Part shown: positions 8,275-13,499 of the stretch, in pieces
Layout of the letters: each line of letters starts with the position of its first letter
Numbering within the stretch: position 1 is the first letter of the stretch
Source: Fibrobacteria bacterium
GTDB lineage: Bacteria; Fibrobacterota; Fibrobacteria; UBA11236
DNA length: 13,499 nucleotides
Assembly (NCBI GenBank): GCA_041746255.1
Contig: JBGTHM010000079.1
Coordinates: 1 to 13,499, forward strand
Direction of reading: 5' to 3'
Notes under the pieces: model-generated
Told to the model about the DNA's origin: nothing
Seen by the model: only the letters and a program-made list of their open reading frames with translations
Database searches by the model: none
Position numbers and translations under genes: made by a program

Positions 8275-8582
8275 GGTATCCTCCCTAATTGATTGGACCC
8301 AATATATTTTTGTTCTTAAGCGAGACAATAAATATTTCATTAATATTTCGCAGGTACCGAAAAGTGGGGTTCCCCGGAACTGCTTTCACGCGTGGATTTT
8401 GCCGAATTTCGTCCTTGATATGGGGCTGCCCCACTATTACGCCGGGGCTAAAGATTTTATCCCGCCGTGCCGATATTAATTAGGTATCACCAAGTGAAGC
8501 GCGGGGCCCAGGGATTGGGGGGAGGTACGAACAGGGATGTTCGACGCGCGTATTTCGCTTTCCATCCCCCAAAAACCTTATT

Positions 8583-10103
8583 TTACGGCATGGTTAACAC
8601 TCCATAAAAGGTGTTGCCACTCCGGTTTATGAGTATCAGGGCTTTTTCCCCTTTTTTGACCCCTTCCAGGGCTTTTTTCAGCTCAGCAGCCGATTTGACC
8701 GGCTTTCGGTTGGCTTCCACCACAATGTCGCCCGATCGCAAGCCCGCCTCCACGGCTGGTCCGCCGGGGGTTACCTGGGTCACTAAAAGACCGGCTTTGA
8801 GTTCGGTTTCCACGCCATAGCGGCGGGCGGAGGCCTCCGTCAATTCCGTCGCTTCCATCCCCAGTGAGGATAACCCTGTGGGCTCCGGATCGGCTCCGCG
8901 GCTAGTTGCCGATTTTTCCGCTTCTCTTTTTTCGATCTTGGTTTTCAGTCCCCGGGATTTACCGTCTCGGTGCACCGTGACTTCAACGGTGGTACCGGGA
9001 CGCAGCGCCGCCACCCGGTTCAGCAGGTCGTTCACGTCATCAATTTCATTGTTGGCAATTTTAGTGATGACATCACCTCTTTTCATTCCAGCCTTGGCCG
9101 CGGGGCCATCGGGCAATACGTCGCCGATAAGGGCGCCCTTCCGTGATTTAAGCCCCAGCGCAGAAGCCATGTCCTCGGTTACGGGCTGTATGGACACTCC
9201 CAACCAACCCCGGGTAACCTCGCCGTCCTTGATAAGATCCTGCATCACGGTTTGCGCCAAGGCGACCGGAATTGCGAAACCGATTCCCTGATACCCCCCC
9301 GTGCGTGAATAAATCGCCGTGTTGATTCCCACCAACTCTCCGTGGAGATTGACCAATGGGCCGCCCGAATTTCCGGGATTGATGGCCGCATCGGTTTGAA
9401 TGAAATTTCCGTAGGTGCTGATACCGGTGTTCTTACGACCCTTGGCCGACACGATTCCCGTAGTAACCGTTTTATACAGGCCGAAGGGGCTTCCCACCGC
9501 AACTACCCATTCTCCGATACGGATTTTGTCCGAGTCACCGAAAGGAACTTTGGCGAATTTCTTTTTTTCGTCGGTGATTTTGATTACCGCCAAGTCGCTG
9601 GCCGGATCGGAACCGATGACTTTGGCTTCATATTCGCTTTCGTCGGACAATTGTACGATTAGTTTGTCCGCGCCCTGTATCACATGATTATTCGTTAGGA
9701 TATAACCGTCCTCCGTAACGATGACACCGGAACCCAAACCCGACTCCTGCCTTTCCTGGGGAGGGCGGTTTTGATTTTCACGGGGCTGCCGGGGTTGTCC
9801 GAAGAAAAATCCGAAGGGGTCTTCATTGAAAAAGTCGAATGGCATACCCTGTCGCGTCACCTCGACTTTCCGTTCGCTTTTTACGCTTACCACGGCCGGC
9901 ATGACCTTATCGGCTACATCCGCGAATACATGTTGAAATTGCGTGAAGGGCGCGCCTCCGGCTGACGGACTCATCACGGGCGCCGGTGATTCCTTCTCAC
10001 CCTGTTGCAGCTTTGGCGAGCCCGTCTGCCCTTGGCAATTCAGCATGGTTCCCGACATAACGATTACCAAGACGGCGACCGGAATACGATTTTTAAGCGG
10101 CAT
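8583..10103 (-). CDS. Do/DegQ/DegP (HtrA) family serine endoprotease with two PDZ domains
   Basis: GLGSGVIV, TNNHV (His), DLAVIK (Asp), IQTDAAINPGNSGGPL (Ser), PDZ1 (RGWLGV...GPAAKAGMKRGDVI), PDZ2 (LGME...GPAVEAGLRSGDIV). RBS AAGGAG sits 5 nt before ATG 10103 and is followed by a signal-like peptide, so 10103 is preferred over 10169. Confidence 0.95.
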   Translation of the reverse strand: MPLKNRIPVAVLVIVMSGTMLNCQGQTGSPKLQQGEKESPAPVMSPSAGGAPFTQFQHVFADVADKVMPAVVSVKSERKVEVTRQGMPFDFFNEDPFGFFFGQPRQPRENQNRPPQERQESGLGSGVIVTEDGYILTNNHVIQGADKLIVQLSDESEYEAKVIGSDPASDLAVIKITDEKKKFAKVPFGDSDKIRIGEWVVAVGSPFGLYKTVTTGIVSAKGRKNTGISTYGNFIQTDAAINPGNSGGPLVNLHGELVGINTAIYSRTGGYQGIGFAIPVALAQTVMQDLIKDGEVTRGWLGVSIQPVTEDMASALGLKSRKGALIGDVLPDGPAAKAGMKRGDVITKIANNEIDDVNDLLNRVAALRPGTTVEVTVHRDGKSRGLKTKIEKREAEKSATSRGADPEPTGLSSLGMEATELTEASARRYGVETELKAGLLVTQVTPGGPAVEAGLRSGDIVVEANRKPVKSAAELKKALEGVKKGEKALILINRSGNTFYGVLTMP

Positions 10104-10169
10104 GGTTTCTCCTTGATACGATTTGAATTCAAGCATGAATGAAACACCGGCGCGACCGGAAAGACTCAC

Positions 10170-10213
10170 CGCTCACGAAACGGCCTTTGCACGGCACTCG
10201 CTCACGGAACGGC
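10170..10213. repeat. 15-bp direct repeat CGCTCACG(A/G)AACGGC, two copies
   Basis: 10170-10184 CGCTCACGAAACGGC and 10199-10213 CGCTCACGGAACGGC: 14/15 identical, 29-bp period, in the divergent degP/pox intergenic region. Confidence 0.8.
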
Positions 10214-10372
10214 TATAAAAGACAAATTTTGGTGAGGAAATTCCACACGGAAATCCTTGCGGCAATCCGTGTCGATTCATTTATTGGGGATAGGGAAATT
10301 GCGTCCGCCGAAAATTCCAAGAGGGTCGAGTACCGGGCAAAACCATTTTTCAAGACTGGAAGGGGAGAGGGC

Positions 10373-12130
10373 ATGGCGAAAGAAACCGCATCCGAGGTTA
10401 TGCTGGATATACTGGTGGATTGGGGAGTGGAAGTCATTTATGGAATGCCGGGTGACGGTATAAACGGCATTATGGAGGGTCTGCGCCGCCGCCGCGATAA
10501 AATCAAATTCGTGCAGGTCCGCCACGAGGAATCAGCGGCATTCATGGCTTGCGCTTATGCCAAGTTTACCGGAAAACTCGGGGTTTGTCTGGCTACCTCG
10601 GGCCCCGGTGGAATTCATCTGCTCAACGGTTTATATGACGCAAAAATGGATGGGCAACCGGTTCTGGCTATTACAGGGCACCATTATCACGATTTGATTG
10701 ACACCCACGCCCAGCAGGACATTCCCCTGGATCGGGTCTTCATGGACGTCGCGGTTTATTCCACTCGCATAATGAGCCCTCCCCATGTACCGGCGGTGAC
10801 GAACCTGGCATGTCGGTATGCCCTGGCTCGAAAAGGGGTGGCGCATATCAATTTTCCCGTGGACCTGCAAGAACAGGAAATGGATACCGGGGAGCGCTCC
10901 CAAAGGAATAAGCCCGGCTATCCTTCCCATGTTTTTTCCCAAAAGGCCGGTATTCCCTCTGAAGAGGATATCCAGCAGGCGGCGGAAATTCTTAATGCGG
11001 GGAAAAGAGTGGCCATCTTGGCGGGCCGAGGCGCGTTCGGCGCTGGGGAAGAGTTGGAGCAGATTGCCGATATATTGGGCGCTCCCATCGGGAAGGCCTT
11101 ATTGGGAAAAGCCGTCATCCCGGATGACAGCTCTTTTACCACCGGAGCCGTGGGGCTTTTGGGTACCACGCCTTCGGAAGAGGCCTTCGGGAATTGCGAC
11201 ACCTTTTTCATGATAGGCTCCTCATTCCCGTATATCGAATTCCTTCCCAAGCCCGGACAGGCGAGGGGAGTACAGGTGGATATCGATCCGATCCGGATCG
11301 GATTGCGTTATAACATGGAATGCGGTCTGGTGGGCGACGCCAAAAAGACGCTACAGGCGCTTATACCTTTGCTGCGGCGTAAAAAAGACCGGAGTTTCCT
11401 GGAAAAAGCCCAAAAGGGTATGAAGGATTGGTGGAAGCTCATGGAGAAGCGCGGGACCAATCCCGACCTGCCCATGAAGCCTCAGGTCGTGGCCTGGGAA
11501 CTCGGTAAATTGCTCAAGGACGACGCCATCGTCGCATCGGATAGCGGAACAGTCGCGACTTGGTGGGCCCGGCAAATCAAGGCCCGCAGCGGTCAGATGT
11601 ATTCTCTCTCGGGCACCCTGGCCTCCATGGCCAACGGCTTGCCCTATGCCATTGCCGCCCAAGTGGCCTTTCCAAAAAGGCAAGTCATCGCCTTCGTCGG
11701 AGACGGAGGATTTTCCATGCTTATGGCGGAATTCGCTACCGCGGTCAAATATAAATTGCCCATCAAGGTGGTCATCATCAAAAACAATTCCTTGGGTCAA
11801 ATCAAATGGGAGCAAATGGCCTTGCTGGGAAATCCGGAGTATGGTTGCGACTTGCATCCCATCGATTTCGTGGCTTTCGCGAAGGCCTGCGGAGGAGAAG
11901 GGTATTATATCGACGATCCAAAACGTTGCCGCGAAACCCTGCGCGAAGCCTTGAACCGGCCGGGCCCGGTAATAGTGGAAGCTATGGTGGATCCGCACAC
12001 TCCTCCCATGCCCGGTAAAATCAAGGCGGGGCAAGCTATGCATTTCGCCGAGTCGTTGGCCAGGGGTGAACCCCATCGGGTTGATATCGTCCGATCAATA
12101 GTAAAGGATCGCGTCCGGGAATTGATATAA
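10373..12130 (+). CDS. TPP-dependent pyruvate oxidase/pyruvate dehydrogenase (quinone)-like enzyme (PoxB/YdaP family)
   Basis: YGMPGDGING, VRHEESAAFMA, TSGPGGIHLLNGLYDA, central FAD domain, SGTLASMANGLPYAIAAQ and the TPP motif GDGGFSM...KNN. A purine-rich RBS (GGGGAGAGGG) precedes ATG 10373; the upstream extension to 10139 does not resemble the family. Confidence 0.9.
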   Translation: MAKETASEVMLDILVDWGVEVIYGMPGDGINGIMEGLRRRRDKIKFVQVRHEESAAFMACAYAKFTGKLGVCLATSGPGGIHLLNGLYDAKMDGQPVLAITGHHYHDLIDTHAQQDIPLDRVFMDVAVYSTRIMSPPHVPAVTNLACRYALARKGVAHINFPVDLQEQEMDTGERSQRNKPGYPSHVFSQKAGIPSEEDIQQAAEILNAGKRVAILAGRGAFGAGEELEQIADILGAPIGKALLGKAVIPDDSSFTTGAVGLLGTTPSEEAFGNCDTFFMIGSSFPYIEFLPKPGQARGVQVDIDPIRIGLRYNMECGLVGDAKKTLQALIPLLRRKKDRSFLEKAQKGMKDWWKLMEKRGTNPDLPMKPQVVAWELGKLLKDDAIVASDSGTVATWWARQIKARSGQMYSLSGTLASMANGLPYAIAAQVAFPKRQVIAFVGDGGFSMLMAEFATAVKYKLPIKVVIIKNNSLGQIKWEQMALLGNPEYGCDLHPIDFVAFAKACGGEGYYIDDPKRCRETLREALNRPGPVIVEAMVDPHTPPMPGKIKAGQAMHFAESLARGEPHRVDIVRSIVKDRVRELI

Positions 12131-12168
12131 CCAGGCCTGGAGATGGCTATCGGAAAGGACAGTATTCG

Positions 12169-13176
12169 ATGCCGATCATCAAAGAAGTCACAGTCATCAC
12201 AGGAGGTACTTCGGGCGTTGGTCGTGCAACCGCCCGTCACTTCGCCAAGGCAGGGCCTTGCCGCATCGCTTTGCTTTCGCGCGGAGAGGAAAGATTGGCA
12301 GCCACCCGCAAAGAATTGGAAGACCGCGGGGCGGAGGTACTCACTATTCCCACCGATGTCGCGGATGCCGGTCAGGTCGAAAATGCCGCTCGCCAAGTAG
12401 AGGAGGTTTGGGGAGGTATCGACGTTTGGATCAACAACGCCATGACTTCGGTTTTTTCCTTTTCGTGGGATATGGAACCGGAGGAGTTTTTGCGCGTTAC
12501 GCAAGTTACCTACCTTGGCTACGTGTATGGTACTCTCTCTGCATTGCGCAGGATGCGTCCGGTGAATCGGGGAAAAATCGTGCAGGTCGGTTCCGCCTTG
12601 GCTTATCGCGGCATACCCCTTCAGTCGGCCTATTGCGCGGCGAAACATGCCATTGTCGGTTTCACCGAGTCTTTGCAAACCGAGTTGATGCACGAAAAAA
12701 GCCGCATTCAACTGAGTATGGTGCATTTGCCCGCGGTCAATACTCCTCAATTCAACTGGGTCAAATCGCGTATGCCGCGTGAATCCCAACCAGTGCCTCC
12801 CATCTATCAACCGGAGGTTCCCGCTCAAGCCATACATTGGGCCTCCCATCACAGAAGATTTGAAATGTTGGTTGGCGCTTCCACCTACATGGCGGTAATC
12901 GGGAACAAAATCTCCCCGGCTCTGGCGGCGCGCTATTTGGCCCGAACGGGGGTTTCGTCGCAAATGACGGAAGCCCCCCAAAAAGACGGTAGTCCGGAAA
13001 ATCTTTGGCAGCCCGCACCCGGTGACTTCGGCTGCCACGGTGATTTCGACGCGCAATCACGTCGTTCCAGTCCCTTGCTCTGGGTATCCATGCATAGGAG
13101 ACAACTGTCTATGGCCTTGGCGGGGGGATTGCTCGGGGTTTGGGCGGCGCTTAAAGCCAGAATGGCTACCGGGTAG
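12169..13176 (+). CDS. SDR oxidoreductase (PRK07109-like) with a hydrophobic C-terminal tail
   Basis: TGGTSGVG, DVWINNAM, VQVGSALAYRGIPLQSAYCAAKH (YxxxK), LPAVNTPQF and QPVPPIYQPE. AAGGA upstream; starts 38 bp after the pox-like gene, so probably co-transcribed. Confidence 0.92.
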   Translation: MPIIKEVTVITGGTSGVGRATARHFAKAGPCRIALLSRGEERLAATRKELEDRGAEVLTIPTDVADAGQVENAARQVEEVWGGIDVWINNAMTSVFSFSWDMEPEEFLRVTQVTYLGYVYGTLSALRRMRPVNRGKIVQVGSALAYRGIPLQSAYCAAKHAIVGFTESLQTELMHEKSRIQLSMVHLPAVNTPQFNWVKSRMPRESQPVPPIYQPEVPAQAIHWASHHRRFEMLVGASTYMAVIGNKISPALAARYLARTGVSSQMTEAPQKDGSPENLWQPAPGDFGCHGDFDAQSRRSSPLLWVSMHRRQLSMALAGGLLGVWAALKARMATG

Positions 13177-13414
13177 CTAAGTAGGCTTTGCCACGAAAAC
13201 CATCCACCACCAGGTTGGACTGCGAGGCATTGGTGATTTCTTTCAACGCTCCACCCGCTGGAGAGGACTCGATTTCCACTACAACCAACCCGTCACTCTC
13301 ATAAAAAGTGTCTGCCGCCCAGGCGACTGGGGAAAGCAACCCTGCGAGCATCGGTAATAAAAACGTTCCCGAACGTCGTTGTGAACCTCGGAAACTATTA
13401 ATGGAATTATTCAT
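13166..13414 (-). pseudogene. Short secreted-protein ORF, probably a 3'-truncated fragment
   Basis: GAGG RBS before ATG 13414. Signal peptide (RR...FLLPMLAGLLSPVAWA/AD) is followed by FYESDGLVVVEIES...GFRGKAYL, which resembles the start of a carbohydrate-binding beta-sandwich module, but the ORF stops about 49 residues after the predicted cleavage site. Confidence 0.5.
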
Positions 13415-13499
13415 GACGATTTCCTCTAGGGTTGGAGAGAATCTATTACGGTCTTGCGGGTATTGGAGTGTCGTTCTGCAAACTTTTGTACCCTTGGGG

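Noticed and set aside
8341..8582. Known ncRNA (6S, SRP, c-di-GMP riboswitch) or CRISPR array in the long intergenic region
   Set aside because: No diagnostic conserved motif or repeat-spacer periodicity recognised by eye; kept only as unassigned structure candidates.
10139..10372. N-terminal extensions of pox (from 10139) and degP (from 10169) that would make the two genes overlap
   Set aside because: Downstream ATGs at 10373 and 10103 have clear RBSs and family-typical N-termini, so this region is better read as intergenic.
11905..13056. 383-aa antisense ORF opposite the SDR and the end of the pox-like gene
   Set aside because: No recognisable motifs. Long antisense frames are a common by-product of codon bias, well known for SDR genes.
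13477..13493. Sigma54-like site GGGTAC-AAAAG-TTTGCA on the minus strand upstream of the last ORF
   Set aside because: GG-to-GC spacing is 11 nt rather than the strict 10 nt required.

Overview
Bacterial chromosomal window of moderate GC content. The left end is housekeeping: the 3' part of a YwaF/TIGR02206-like membrane protein gene, xerD, and a divergent tRNA-Lys(CTT) with a sigma70-like promoter. The following ~11.7 kb (1482-13176) looks like a general-stress/dormancy cluster: a 5-PAS hybrid histidine kinase coupled (TGATG) to a YhxC/YdaD-like SDR, a class I fructose-bisphosphate aldolase, an Rv0571c-like phosphoribosyltransferase preceded by an alpha/beta-hydrolase-like gene that appears to have lost its catalytic motifs, a DegP/DegQ protease with a possible lipobox, a pyruvate oxidase-like TPP enzyme and a second SDR. 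The window ends with a short secreted-protein ORF that looks truncated where it meets the last SDR. No transposase, CRISPR array or att duplication was seen. The best leads are the pseudo-hydrolase/PRTase pair, a structured 240-bp intergenic region, repeats in two divergent promoter regions and the truncated gene junction. All are by-eye hypotheses that need database or folding checks; the sequence alone does not demonstrate a new system.
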